From Candidatus Gottesmanbacteria bacterium (GTDB lineage: Bacteria > Patescibacteriota > Microgenomatia > UBA10105 > UBA927), in the NCBI GenBank assembly GCA_023245335.1, contig JAHFKK010000001.1, forward strand, positions 491,282-555,281: DNA of 64,000 nt. The letters run 5' to 3'. Of this stretch, positions 36,739 through 45,953 are shown in pieces (position 1 is the first letter of the stretch; each line of letters opens with the position of its first letter). The translations under genes were made by a program, and so were the position numbers. The notes beneath the pieces are model-generated. The model was not told where the DNA came from and did no database searches. It saw nothing but the letters and a program-made list of their open reading frames with translations.

Positions 36739-37314
36739 ATGGCAAACCGTATAGTCACCGCTGTCTACGTCAAGAGCTTGAACGGGACCGATGATCTCCT
36801 CAATGACACCAAGCCCCAAATAGTTTTCATGGGACGCTCCAATGTGGGTAAATCCAGCCTCATCAATTCTCTGGTGGGGAAACCCCTGGCCCGGTCCAGC
36901 AAGCAGCCGGGAAAGACGCATACACTCGACTTTTTTCTCATCAATGACAAAGTTTATTTCGTGGATCTTCCGGGCTACGGGTTTGCTAATAGGTCTAAGG
37001 ATGAGCTTGAACATTTCCGTAAACTCATCGCCTGGTATTTGTTTACCTCCGGGGCGCCGATTAAGCTTGCTGTCCTTATCATTGATGTACATATAGGATT
37101 CACCGATTACGATAGGGAATCCATGGAGTTATTGCACGATCACCAAATTCCTTTTGTCCTCGTCGCCAATAAAGCCGATAAGCTCAAGATGGGCGAACGC
37201 GTCAAGAAACTGAAAGAGTTAAGTGCGAGTTACGCAAACATCCTGGTCATTCCCTACAGTTCCTATACAAGAGAAGGTAAGGATAAACTTCTTGCGATAG
37301 TCAGCCTCAAATAA
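36739..37314 (+). CDS. engB: Ribosome-biogenesis GTPase EngB/YsxC
   Basis: G1 'GRSNVGKSS', G3 'DLPGYG', G4 'NKADK'. Confidence 0.85.
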   Translation: MANRIVTAVYVKSLNGTDDLLNDTKPQIVFMGRSNVGKSSLINSLVGKPLARSSKQPGKTHTLDFFLINDKVYFVDLPGYGFANRSKDELEHFRKLIAWYLFTSGAPIKLAVLIIDVHIGFTDYDRESMELLHDHQIPFVLVANKADKLKMGERVKKLKELSASYANILVIPYSSYTREGKDKLLAIVSLK

Positions 37315-37417
37315 TCTCGTCTGCGCTTCTGGTATGGTGGTATACTTAATCACTGTCATCAATGATCCGTCGTGACGGCTGATAATACAAAACAAAGGAC
37401 GGCGAAAGGACAAAGGT

Positions 37418-37783
37418 ATGAATAATAAAATTCTTCTTGGTATAGTTGCGGTCGTCGTTCTTATCGGGGCGGGATATTATATGTCCAAGGGCGCATACAA
37501 GCCTGCGGTACAGCCAACTCCCTCTACACAAACGGCGGCGGCACCCAATACGGTGACGGTCAATAATTTTGCGTTTGATCCGCCTGCACTCACGGTGAAG
37601 GTCGGAGATACGGTGACCTGGGTCAACCAGGATTCCGTAGGACACACCATAAAAGGCGATGCATTTAACTCTCCGCTCCTTCAGCAGGGAGAAAAGTTTA
37701 CGTTTACCTTTGCCAGCAAAGGGACGTTTAACTACATTTGCAGCGTCCATCCTTCCATGAAGGGTACTATCACGGTTGAATAA
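37418..37783 (+). CDS. Membrane-anchored cupredoxin (plastocyanin/azurin-like blue-copper protein)
   Basis: Cu ligand pattern H...C..H..M: 'SVGHT' and 'YICSVHPSMKG'; N-terminal TM. Confidence 0.65.
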   Translation: MNNKILLGIVAVVVLIGAGYYMSKGAYKPAVQPTPSTQTAAAPNTVTVNNFAFDPPALTVKVGDTVTWVNQDSVGHTIKGDAFNSPLLQQGEKFTFTFASKGTFNYICSVHPSMKGTITVE

Positions 37784-37819
37784 AAATAAGAGGTGCTTCC
37801 GGTTATATAATACAGTCGT

Positions 37820-38773
37820 ATGGCACATACCCTGAAGGCTTTTGAAGTGGATGTAAACGGAAAGGTCTTAGACTATCGGACAGCTGGCGTCGTGGATTTT
37901 CCGGCGGTTCAGCGCTTTTTTTGGAAAAAATACATCGTCAACAAACTTTGGTCCGGCGGACGGCACGTATTGGGAGAACTAGAGAAGGACGGCAGGAAAT
38001 ACTTCTTGAAACTCGCAACGACCGAGGGAATAAGCGCAGTCCTAAAAAATGAATACCATTGGAATGAAGGGTTCCATAGGGCGGTGCCGCAGGGGACGTC
38101 GGAATTCCGGGTTCCGAAAAACCTCGAGCACGGATTATTTGAGGAGCGGCTATATTTCCTCATTACGGACATGTTCGACGGTACCCTTCTGGTCGGAAAG
38201 CCGGATGCTTCCGTCGATATGTCGGTCTTTACGGATACTATAGAATCCGTCGTGAAGTTCTCGGAATTCATACAGACTTTGCCGTTCCATGATGCTACCG
38301 AGACGGGTGATTACCGTGAGCGGTTCCTCCTAAAAGTCCATGCGTGGTATGACCTAATACCGCAGGATGTGCGCGGGAAGTATGAACTCCCGGCGTTGTT
38401 GCACATTGTAGAAAAGGGTGCTGCAGGATTGAAAAAGAAACCGCGTCATGGTGACTTCACTCCGTGGCACCTCATGATGTTGTCAGACGGTAAGCTGGGT
38501 CTTATAGACGGCGAGCATTATATGGCCGCAGGCGTCGCATACTATGACATCGGGTATTTTATCCAGCGGATATACAGCGTCCTTAGTAAACCCGAAATCG
38601 CGGTCGCTACGTATGCCATGCTTATGGAGTCGGGGTACGACGCGAAGGCGCTACAGGTAATACTGGCAAGTCGAGCAATCGGCGGATTTCTGGATGCGTC
38701 GTTTGCGGAGAAACCCGACTATACGATGCATGATGCGTTCAAAGTATGGGTCGTAAATCCTAAAGTAGGATAA
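37820..38773 (+). CDS. Aminoglycoside-phosphotransferase/choline-kinase-like (APH family) kinase
   Basis: Catalytic loop 'PRHGDFTPWHLM' and 'LGLIDGEH' (DFG-equivalent). Confidence 0.55.
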   Translation: MAHTLKAFEVDVNGKVLDYRTAGVVDFPAVQRFFWKKYIVNKLWSGGRHVLGELEKDGRKYFLKLATTEGISAVLKNEYHWNEGFHRAVPQGTSEFRVPKNLEHGLFEERLYFLITDMFDGTLLVGKPDASVDMSVFTDTIESVVKFSEFIQTLPFHDATETGDYRERFLLKVHAWYDLIPQDVRGKYELPALLHIVEKGAAGLKKKPRHGDFTPWHLMMLSDGKLGLIDGEHYMAAGVAYYDIGYFIQRIYSVLSKPEIAVATYAMLMESGYDAKALQVILASRAIGGFLDASFAEKPDYTMHDAFKVWVVNPKVG

Positions 38774-38781
38774 TACCAGCC

Positions 38782-39036
38782 ATGTTTACCGTTTATATCC
38801 TCCGCACATCTTCTGACACGCTTTATATCGGGCAGGCGAAGAATTTAGAGAAGCGACTTCTCGAGCACAAAAATAAAACAGCCAAATCTGCGAAATATAT
38901 GCGGTACTTCAGGTCATTTACTCTGGTCTATACGGAAGGCAAGCGCACGAGGAGTGCGGCTCTCAGACGGGAAGCGGAATTGAAACGCTTCACGAGAAGA
39001 CAAAAAGAAGTGTTGATTGCCGGGAAAACCCTCTAG
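38782..39036 (+). CDS. GIY-YIG nuclease-domain small protein
   Basis: 'FTVYILRTSSDTLYIGQAKNLEKRLLEH' GIY-YIG signature. Confidence 0.7.
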   Translation: MFTVYILRTSSDTLYIGQAKNLEKRLLEHKNKTAKSAKYMRYFRSFTLVYTEGKRTRSAALRREAELKRFTRRQKEVLIAGKTL

Positions 39037-39052
39037 ATTTTTTAGGGACGTA

Positions 39053-40009
39053 TCAATAGTCCCATTGCCAGAAAAGCACCCGTATCTGTCGGGTTGTTTC
39101 AGGAATTGGTATCGCTGATGGCGTAGCATTTGCAGGGTTTGTAGTCTGCCAGAGTCCGCGCGGAAGCGGGGTATAGCGTGAGTAATGGGCGACACCGACG
39201 CCATACCGCTCCAGTCTCTGCAGAGAACGGTCCAGTTGAGCAACAGGGCTGGTGGTTGTCGCTGCTCGCGCGACCGTGAAGTCCGTACCGTTTGATGCCA
39301 GAGGAAGCGGCGTTGCGAGTGTCTGGTTTCTCCCATCCGCCATCGTGATCGGAGTAGCACCGCTGTCCGCGACCGTCACTTTTGCTTCATTTTCTATCGC
39401 AGTTGCCCCGGTAAATTGGACGGCGCTGAAGTTATCAAGTGGCACTTCCTGGTTGCCGTTACTTGGTGCTTCCTGTATCCATTCGGCAGAGGAGAGGGAT
39501 GAGGTGTATGAAGCAAGCGTGTTATATGACTCGCCGGTCGTATTATTTTTGAATACTATACGCCAATTTTCCGCTGACTCGAGCATAATCGAAGCGGTGA
39601 CCGAATCGCCGGACGTGACCGTCACCGGTATGGGGACGGAGGTGGCCGGTAACAGTTCCAGGAATGCGCTCGTGTTTACCTTGCCGTCGCTGGTCGCGTA
39701 GTTCAGGGTTCCGCTTTGTATGAGGTCGCTTTTTTTGACGCCACCGATTCCTACCCATGTCGAGTCTGCTGCCGTGTGGCCTGATGGAGTAATATGCGGC
39801 ACGGTCCACGTGCCGGCGACGCCGGTGAATATGCCGGTGGTCGCCGCATATCCCGACCAATTCCTCGACGTACCGACCGTGGTATTTATTCCGCCGGGAT
39901 TTTCCTGAGCATGCGCGGGCGATATGGGGAAGACTAAGAGGAGCCCAAAAAGTATGGCAAATACGATACCTCCTCCTTTTTCTGATATCCCGGAATATTT
40001 CCGTCTCAT
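39053..40009 (-). CDS. Secreted peptidase-G1 (eqolisin/glutamic peptidase)-like protein
   Basis: Signal 'GIVFAILFGLLLVFPISPAHAQ'; 'NWSGYAATTGIFTGVAGTWTVP', 'STWVGIGG', 'AEWIQEAP...FSAVQFTGATA' parallel scytalidoglutamic-peptidase blocks (NWAGAV / AWVGIDG / AEWIVEDF...FGSVTFT). Confidence 0.55.
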   Translation of the reverse strand: MRRKYSGISEKGGGIVFAILFGLLLVFPISPAHAQENPGGINTTVGTSRNWSGYAATTGIFTGVAGTWTVPHITPSGHTAADSTWVGIGGVKKSDLIQSGTLNYATSDGKVNTSAFLELLPATSVPIPVTVTSGDSVTASIMLESAENWRIVFKNNTTGESYNTLASYTSSLSSAEWIQEAPSNGNQEVPLDNFSAVQFTGATAIENEAKVTVADSGATPITMADGRNQTLATPLPLASNGTDFTVARAATTTSPVAQLDRSLQRLERYGVGVAHYSRYTPLPRGLWQTTNPANATPSAIPIPETTRQIRVLFWQWDY

Positions 40010-40076
40010 ACTTCCATGATAGCGTAAACGGGAGGATTTAGGATAACGGCAGTATGACAGGTTGAAGGATAGGTTG

Positions 40077-40895
40077 TTAGTGGGCGCTAGTCGTTCCCGA
40101 CAGTTTGGATTCTTCCTGCACAAAATACGAGAGGATTTTATTTTTCCGCTCGTCTACGGTCAACTTTGACTGTATGCCGGGGCCCATGATGCACCCGCCA
40201 TCGCAGTTTAATATGTCGAGGATCCGCAGCGAAGGGTCGGCATCGAACTCTTTGATCGCGGCGATATTGCGCGCTGGGCCGGAAACAATTTTGACAGCAT
40301 TTTTCCCGAGGGTGTCACTCACCTTGCCGCTTTTCGTGAGACCCCCATCCAACGGGTAGAGTTTGGTGAGCCCGGATATGGAGATATCGAAATGATCCTC
40401 GGGGCGTTTGACGTCGTCGGTGATATTGAAATGCGTAAACACCTGGGTAAGCTCGGTATAGGTGAGGACGAGAATATTGAGTTCCGGGGCTTCTTCACGG
40501 GCTTCATACTTTTTGACGAAGCACGGGCCGATAAATACGGGCCGGTAACCCGGATATTTTTCTTTCACGATTTTGGCGGTCGCTATCATCGGTGAATCCA
40601 CGCCTTGGGTGAGGTAATGGCTATATTGCGGCAGCTGCCGTTTGATGAGGCGGACCAGTGTCGGACAGGGGCTTGTGATGTATCGTTTATCGGGGTGACC
40701 CGAAAGGAGTTTCGTCAGTTGCTCGTTCGTGACCCTGGCGCCAGCTGCGACCTCTGCAGTATAGGTAAAGCCTAAGCTTTTGAGCATGGTGATGATACCG
40801 GGGTACGTAAATACGATAGGAAACGACGGCGCAAGCATAGCGACTAATTTTCCTTTGCGAGTGAGAAGATCGATAAGCGTGTCAATGTCGGTCAT
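40077..40895 (-). CDS. [FeFe]-hydrogenase-like H-cluster domain protein, stand-alone 272 aa
   Basis: L1-like 'ITSPCPTLV' (TSCCP with the first Cys replaced by Pro), L2 'FIGPCFVKKYE' (MPCxxKKxE), L3 'ILNCDGGCIMGPG' (ACxGGCxxGGG). Confidence 0.55.
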   Translation of the reverse strand: MTDIDTLIDLLTRKGKLVAMLAPSFPIVFTYPGIITMLKSLGFTYTAEVAAGARVTNEQLTKLLSGHPDKRYITSPCPTLVRLIKRQLPQYSHYLTQGVDSPMIATAKIVKEKYPGYRPVFIGPCFVKKYEAREEAPELNILVLTYTELTQVFTHFNITDDVKRPEDHFDISISGLTKLYPLDGGLTKSGKVSDTLGKNAVKIVSGPARNIAAIKEFDADPSLRILDILNCDGGCIMGPGIQSKLTVDERKNKILSYFVQEESKLSGTTSAH

Positions 40896-41403
40896 AGCGG
40901 GTGGTGATCGTCATAACGGCGTATGAAAGCACTCCTCCGAAAAGCGCGGTCACAAGCTGTACTATCCCCATCGCCGTCAAAAAAATCGGCGGTACCAGTC
41001 GGAATCGGAGGTAGATGAACGCTGCCGTATACAACAGAAGATATTTCGCGATTGCGGCGGCGGAGATTTTCAGCGTAAAATTGTATTTTGAGAAATGAGT
41101 AAACGCCCAAATCAGTATGTAATTGCCGAGCCAGATAAATGGTAGGAAAAAATAGAGGAATATCGTTTGCGGTCCAAAAAGGACGCCGTGAGCGAGAGCC
41201 CCGAGACTCGGCAGGATAATGACCGGTATCTGATCCTTCCGAGTGAGCCGGGTAACCGCGAGGAAGAGAAGGCAGTTTACCAGAGTCCCCGTGACTATCT
41301 GGTTGGCATTAAACGCAAGCGGTATCATAAACGCCGCGATATAGAGGGATAGCCGGAGGCTTGTGGTGAGCGGGTGCGGTATTGACACGGTCTTTGATTC
41401 CAT
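40882..41403 (-). CDS. Five-to-six-TM membrane protein, hypothetical; co-oriented with and overlapping the hydrogenase-like gene
   Basis: Hydrophobic helices; possible ECF-S-component-like topology; no motif. Confidence 0.45.
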   Translation of the reverse strand: MESKTVSIPHPLTTSLRLSLYIAAFMIPLAFNANQIVTGTLVNCLLFLAVTRLTRKDQIPVIILPSLGALAHGVLFGPQTIFLYFFLPFIWLGNYILIWAFTHFSKYNFTLKISAAAIAKYLLLYTAAFIYLRFRLVPPIFLTAMGIVQLVTALFGGVLSYAVMTITTRYDRH

Positions 41404-41483
41404 ATCTATATTATAAGGAGGATATGCGGTAATATTTACGTAAGAAATCGTACAATTGGGTCCCTTACGTTCATTGTTGGAGC

Positions 41484-42218
41484 TTGTACCATAGATATAT
41501 GGCCTCTCAAGTGAAGAATCCTAGAAGGAAGTGGCTTCGGATACTGAGCATCTGCCTCGGTGTGGCGGTCGTTGTCGCTATCCTCTATTTCACCGTTTCT
41601 TCCGGCCGTTCGTATTTACGTCGGCGGAATATCCGGTTTATGGCGACTGAAATCAACGGCTACGGTCCGCTTGCCCCTTTTGCCGTATTTTTTCTTATAT
41701 TCATAAGCACGGTTATTCCTCCGATCCCGCTTCCCATACCGCTTATAGAGATCGCCGCCGGGTATATTTTCGGCTTTTGGGAAGGACTTATCATCGTATG
41801 GGTCTCGGAAATAATAAGCTCGCTTGCAGCATTTGCCTCGACGAGATTTTTGGGACGGAGAAAAATATTCCGGAGGATTTTGGGGTCTAAGTTCGTGACT
41901 CCGTACCGGCAGTATATAGACCGAAGCGGTCCGACTGCTATCATCGTGACGCGTGCATTCATGGCGGCGCCTATGAATATCGTGAGTTTCCTTGCCGGAC
42001 TGACGATGATGGGGATATGGACATTTATCTTCGCGACCGCTGTGGGTACAATACCTGAATCGATTCTCTATCCATATGTCGGGATGCTCCTCAAAACTAC
42101 ACGATTCAGCCTGTGGCGGCTTTCCATCATTCTCGTGGTCATAAGCATAGTGGGACCACTTTCTATGTTCATATTGCAACGGATGCAAGGCGTGCGTCGA
42201 AAGCGAAAGACATCATGA
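41484..42218 (+). CDS. DedA/TVP38-family membrane protein
   Basis: 'FAVFFLIFISTVIPPIPLPIPLIEIAAGYIFGFWEGLII' re-entrant signature of DedA proteins. Confidence 0.7.
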   Translation: MYHRYMASQVKNPRRKWLRILSICLGVAVVVAILYFTVSSGRSYLRRRNIRFMATEINGYGPLAPFAVFFLIFISTVIPPIPLPIPLIEIAAGYIFGFWEGLIIVWVSEIISSLAAFASTRFLGRRKIFRRILGSKFVTPYRQYIDRSGPTAIIVTRAFMAAPMNIVSFLAGLTMMGIWTFIFATAVGTIPESILYPYVGMLLKTTRFSLWRLSIILVVISIVGPLSMFILQRMQGVRRKRKTS

Positions 42219-42228
42219 AAGGTGCGTT

Positions 42229-43071
42229 ATGTTAACTACCGCAGTCATAGCATTTCGGGAGTTTTTGGAAGCATTTCTTATCGTTGGGGTATTCCTGGGT
42301 ATATCCAGGAAACTCAAGCTTCGGAAAGGATTGGAAATCGGGTTTGCCGCAGCGGTCGGCGTCCTTCTGTCTCTGCTTCTAGCGATCGGTACGTATGTAT
42401 TTGGTGATCACGCCCGGGTCATACTGACCGAGAAGAATGCCGATGCGCTGGAAAGTTATCTCCTTATTTTTTCCGGTGTGTTTATCTCATACGTTGTGTT
42501 CTCGCTTCATGATCTCCTGCGTAAAAGTCGGGGGGGGAGTGTACTTCTCGCCCACAGGAAACTGCAGCAGCGCGAACTTTTTGATGTGTCGCTCTTTGCC
42601 ACGATAGCATTTCTCGTACTGAGGGAAGGATTTGAAATTGCGCTTTTTACTGCAAGTGTCGCGTTATTTTCCGAATTTACGCAAAACGTGTTGGGGCTGC
42701 TATTGGGATTTGCAGCGGCGGCAGTGCTCGGGCTTTCGACGTTTTTTGCGTATATACGATTGCCTCTGGGTAAGGTCTTCAGAGCGACGGAATACATGAT
42801 CATTCTCCTGGGTGCTTCGCTTACTCAACATGGAGTGACACTTCTTTTGGAGACGAATTTCAGCGTGCGCCTTTCCGACATGTTGTCATTCCATCTGTCG
42901 TTTCTCCCGGGAGAAGATAGCCTTCTCGGTCACCTGTTACAGGGGTTTTTGGGTGTTGATAGGGAGTTTAGCCTGGTGAGGCTTACGATCATGATCCTTT
43001 ACATCGGCATGATATATGCCGTGTTTCTCCGAAAAAAGAAAGTAAGACCGGATCTGCCTATTTCAGCCTGA
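42229..43071 (+). CDS. FTR1/EfeU-family iron permease
   Basis: Two RExxE motifs: 'FREFLEAFLI' and 'LREGFEIALF'; 7 TM. Confidence 0.75.
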   Translation: MLTTAVIAFREFLEAFLIVGVFLGISRKLKLRKGLEIGFAAAVGVLLSLLLAIGTYVFGDHARVILTEKNADALESYLLIFSGVFISYVVFSLHDLLRKSRGGSVLLAHRKLQQRELFDVSLFATIAFLVLREGFEIALFTASVALFSEFTQNVLGLLLGFAAAAVLGLSTFFAYIRLPLGKVFRATEYMIILLGASLTQHGVTLLLETNFSVRLSDMLSFHLSFLPGEDSLLGHLLQGFLGVDREFSLVRLTIMILYIGMIYAVFLRKKKVRPDLPISA

Positions 43072-44004
43072 GATATTGACGACGACTTTCCCTTTGGGGT
43101 GTCCCGTCACAAAGTAGTTAATGGCGAGAGCAGCCTCATCGATCGGGAATACTTTATCAACCTGTGGTTTGATGCTGCCGCTATTTATGAGTTCGGCCAG
43201 GCGCGCCAGATTTTCTGATGATGTTTTGGTACCCTGCCGTATGGCAGTGACTCCGAGTGCTTGTGCTGTGGCATCATCAGGTATTCCTATCATGGTGACC
43301 AGTATCCCGCCTTTTTTTAGCGCGGTAAGCGAGGCGTTGGTCGTCTCCCCGCCGACCGTGTCAAATACGGCATCATAGTCTTTGATACGATCCTGAAAAC
43401 GTTCCGTCCGGTAATCGATAACTACGTCGGCGCCAAGAGCTTTCGTAAACGGCACACCTTCTCCGCTTGCTGTTGCTGCGACAAACGCGCCGTGACTTTT
43501 GGCGATTTGTATAGCGAGAGATCCTATGCCGCCTGCCCCGCCCTGGATAAGAATCTTCTGATCCTTCGATATCTTTATATGCTCTTCTATAGCCTGCACT
43601 GCGCTTGTTCCTACCAAAGGAAGTGATGCGGCATCGGGGAACGTAAGTAGCTCGGGCTTTTTTGCCGTATTTGCTGCATTTGCCGCTACTTTTTCCGCAA
43701 AAGAACCGGACCCGCCATTTACGACGGCGGCACTGCCGTATACCGCGTCGCCGACCGCGTAACCTGTGACCCCCGGTCCGATTTTTTCGACGACGCCGGA
43801 GAAATCTCCGCCGAACGAGTAAGGGAGCGACAAGGAAATTTTATCTTTCAGAGCGCCTGACAGAAGCGTGATATCAAAAGGATTGATGCTCGCAGCCCGT
43901 GCTGCGATCAACAGCTGTCCGGGTTTGAGTGCGGGTTCCGTACTATCTGTGTGGAGCGATACCGTTTTGGCGTCTCCGTATGCGTCGACTTCGATAGTTT
44001 TCAT
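43063..44004 (-). CDS. NADPH:quinone oxidoreductase / MDR-family zinc-independent dehydrogenase
   Basis: 'ILIQGGAGGIGSLAIQIAK' Rossmann motif and an MDR GroES-like N-terminal domain. Confidence 0.8.
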   Translation of the reverse strand: MKTIEVDAYGDAKTVSLHTDSTEPALKPGQLLIAARAASINPFDITLLSGALKDKISLSLPYSFGGDFSGVVEKIGPGVTGYAVGDAVYGSAAVVNGGSGSFAEKVAANAANTAKKPELLTFPDAASLPLVGTSAVQAIEEHIKISKDQKILIQGGAGGIGSLAIQIAKSHGAFVAATASGEGVPFTKALGADVVIDYRTERFQDRIKDYDAVFDTVGGETTNASLTALKKGGILVTMIGIPDDATAQALGVTAIRQGTKTSSENLARLAELINSGSIKPQVDKVFPIDEAALAINYFVTGHPKGKVVVNISG

Positions 44005-44071
44005 GGGCCTCCTTATCTGTGATATAATACTCTATAAAGTAGAGTACTATAGAAACTATAGTAATGCAAGT

Positions 44072-44374
44072 ATGAAACAACAGTCGCGCTGCACAACGGA
44101 TAGCCTAAAAGTTCTCGGGGATTTTTGGACGCTTGCGATCATTCAGGAACTGCAGGTGAGTGAAAAACGGTTCTGTGAACTGGAGCGGTCGCTTAAGGTC
44201 GTCAACCCGACGACGCTTACCAACCGATTAAAGAAGCTGGAAGCACTGCGGATCATCAAGCGGCAGGAAGAGACGGTTGATAAGCTTTCCGTGACGTACG
44301 GGCTCACACCAAAAGGCCGCGCAGCACTTTCCGTCATCCGGGAAATGGCTGATTTTGCCCGCAGATATCCTTAA
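44072..44374 (+). CDS. HxlR-family transcriptional regulator, divergent from the oxidoreductase
   Basis: 'LKVLGDFWTLAIIQELQVSEKRFCELERSL...NPTTLTNRLKKLEALRII'; the intergenic region holds a TATAAT and a TACTCTA-N5-TAGAGTA inverted repeat. Confidence 0.75.
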   Translation: MKQQSRCTTDSLKVLGDFWTLAIIQELQVSEKRFCELERSLKVVNPTTLTNRLKKLEALRIIKRQEETVDKLSVTYGLTPKGRAALSVIREMADFARRYP

Positions 44375-44474
44375 GCCCCGGCGTCAAATCTATCCTCACG
44401 TAGATTTCAGCTGACTTTCAGGAACAGCGACTAGTCTTAAGGGGGAAGACATGATATAAAATACCCACGCACAT

Positions 44475-45953
44475 TTGATGAATAGAATTTATCGAACCCT
44501 CGATCAGGCTGTCGACCGCGCCACTCCCCGTAAGCTTCTGTGGTTATGTATTGCACTCTTTGTTGTTTATTTTTCCTTCGTCGCTTTCGCACGTCATGAC
44601 AATTTTTATTCCCGGCGCTTGGACCTCGGAAACATGGATCAGACGGTATGGAATGTCCTGCACGGGAACGGGTTCACCCTGACCGATCCCATGGGTACCG
44701 CGCAAGAATCCAGACTCGCGATACACGCAGATTTTCTCATGATTCTTATGGTCCCTTTATACCTCCTATGGTCGAACCCGAAGATGCTCGTTCTCGTGCA
44801 GACGGTCATCGTATGTCTCGGGGCCCTTCCGGTCTACTGGATTGCATCCGACAAGTTGAAATCCAGGAAGCTTTCGCTTCTTTTTGCAGTGGGATATCTT
44901 CTGTACCCGCCGGTTGAACGCATGATGCTTCATGATTTCCACGCGGTAGCGTTATCGATGACGTTTCTTTTGTTTGCGTACTGGTATATGTGCCGGAAGC
45001 GGTACGTATGGTTTACGCTATTTGCTATTCTCGCCGGGCTCGGAAAGGAACAGATATGGTTAACCGTCGGCCTCATGGGTCTATACATCGCCATACGGAA
45101 CAAAAAGATTTGGTTCGGACTCCTCGTTTCGTTCCTTAGCTTTTTCACCTTTTATTATTTGTTTTGGCGCGCGATCCCGGCGGTGACACCTGCAAGACAG
45201 CACTTTGCGTTGGTATACTTATCGGACTTCGGTGACCGGCAAAACGTCATTATCAAAAATCTTTTGGAAAAGCCCTGGATTGTCCTGCGGACAATACTTC
45301 TTCCCGATCGTCTATACTATTATTTTCAGCTCCTCATTCCGCTCGCGTTTCTACCATTATTTGCGCCATGGCTGTTGATTTTTTGCGCTCATAGCGTCCT
45401 TATAAACGCTCTAAGCAATAACGCGCTACTTCGACAGATCGATTATCAGTATACGAGCGATATAACGCCGTTTCTTTTTGTCGCCGCGATAGAGGGATAT
45501 GCAATCGTTTCGGCATTTGTTTCTGGCCGTTTGCAAAGTAAGTACGGAAGACATCTGTTGCGGTTTTTGCCCGGCATCGTTATGACCAGTATAGGGGTGA
45601 CGGCAATTCTGTGGGGCGAGTTGCCGGTCGGAATGCAGTCACGATTTTTATATTTTACGTCCTCCCAACCGGAAAATAGCGTAATGCGGCAGGTGGAAGT
45701 CGTCGTCAAGCCGATGTATACTGTGTCGGCGACCAACAATATCGGGGCACATTTTTCGGAACGTGAGCATCTCTATAATTTCCCGTTGAATGCGCTCTCG
45801 GCAGATTATTCGATCGCGCTTCTGGGTGATCAATATGCCTGGCCGAGCGGAGACGCACAAAAGAGCGCGGTAGATGAACTTTTGAAAAGTCCTGACTATA
45901 CACTCATCATACACGACCATAATTTTTATGCGTTTAAGAAAAAAGGATTATGA
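44475..45953 (+). CDS. DUF2079-like polytopic membrane protein (putative glycosyl/arabinosyl-transferase-like)
   Basis: About 12 TM helices with large loops; paired with the downstream GT2 gene (4-nt overlap). Confidence 0.5.
   Translation: MMNRIYRTLDQAVDRATPRKLLWLCIALFVVYFSFVAFARHDNFYSRRLDLGNMDQTVWNVLHGNGFTLTDPMGTAQESRLAIHADFLMILMVPLYLLWSNPKMLVLVQTVIVCLGALPVYWIASDKLKSRKLSLLFAVGYLLYPPVERMMLHDFHAVALSMTFLLFAYWYMCRKRYVWFTLFAILAGLGKEQIWLTVGLMGLYIAIRNKKIWFGLLVSFLSFFTFYYLFWRAIPAVTPARQHFALVYLSDFGDRQNVIIKNLLEKPWIVLRTILLPDRLYYYFQLLIPLAFLPLFAPWLLIFCAHSVLINALSNNALLRQIDYQYTSDITPFLFVAAIEGYAIVSAFVSGRLQSKYGRHLLRFLPGIVMTSIGVTAILWGELPVGMQSRFLYFTSSQPENSVMRQVEVVVKPMYTVSATNNIGAHFSEREHLYNFPLNALSADYSIALLGDQYAWPSGDAQKSAVDELLKSPDYTLIIHDHNFYAFKKKGL

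Noticed and set aside
39030-39056. GGGAC-N9-GTCCC hairpin between the convergent GIY-YIG and peptidase G1 genes
   Set aside because: The T-run is on the 5' side of the stem on the plus strand and the A-run is 3' on the minus strand. Neither orientation gives a stem+U-tract, so it is not called as a terminator.
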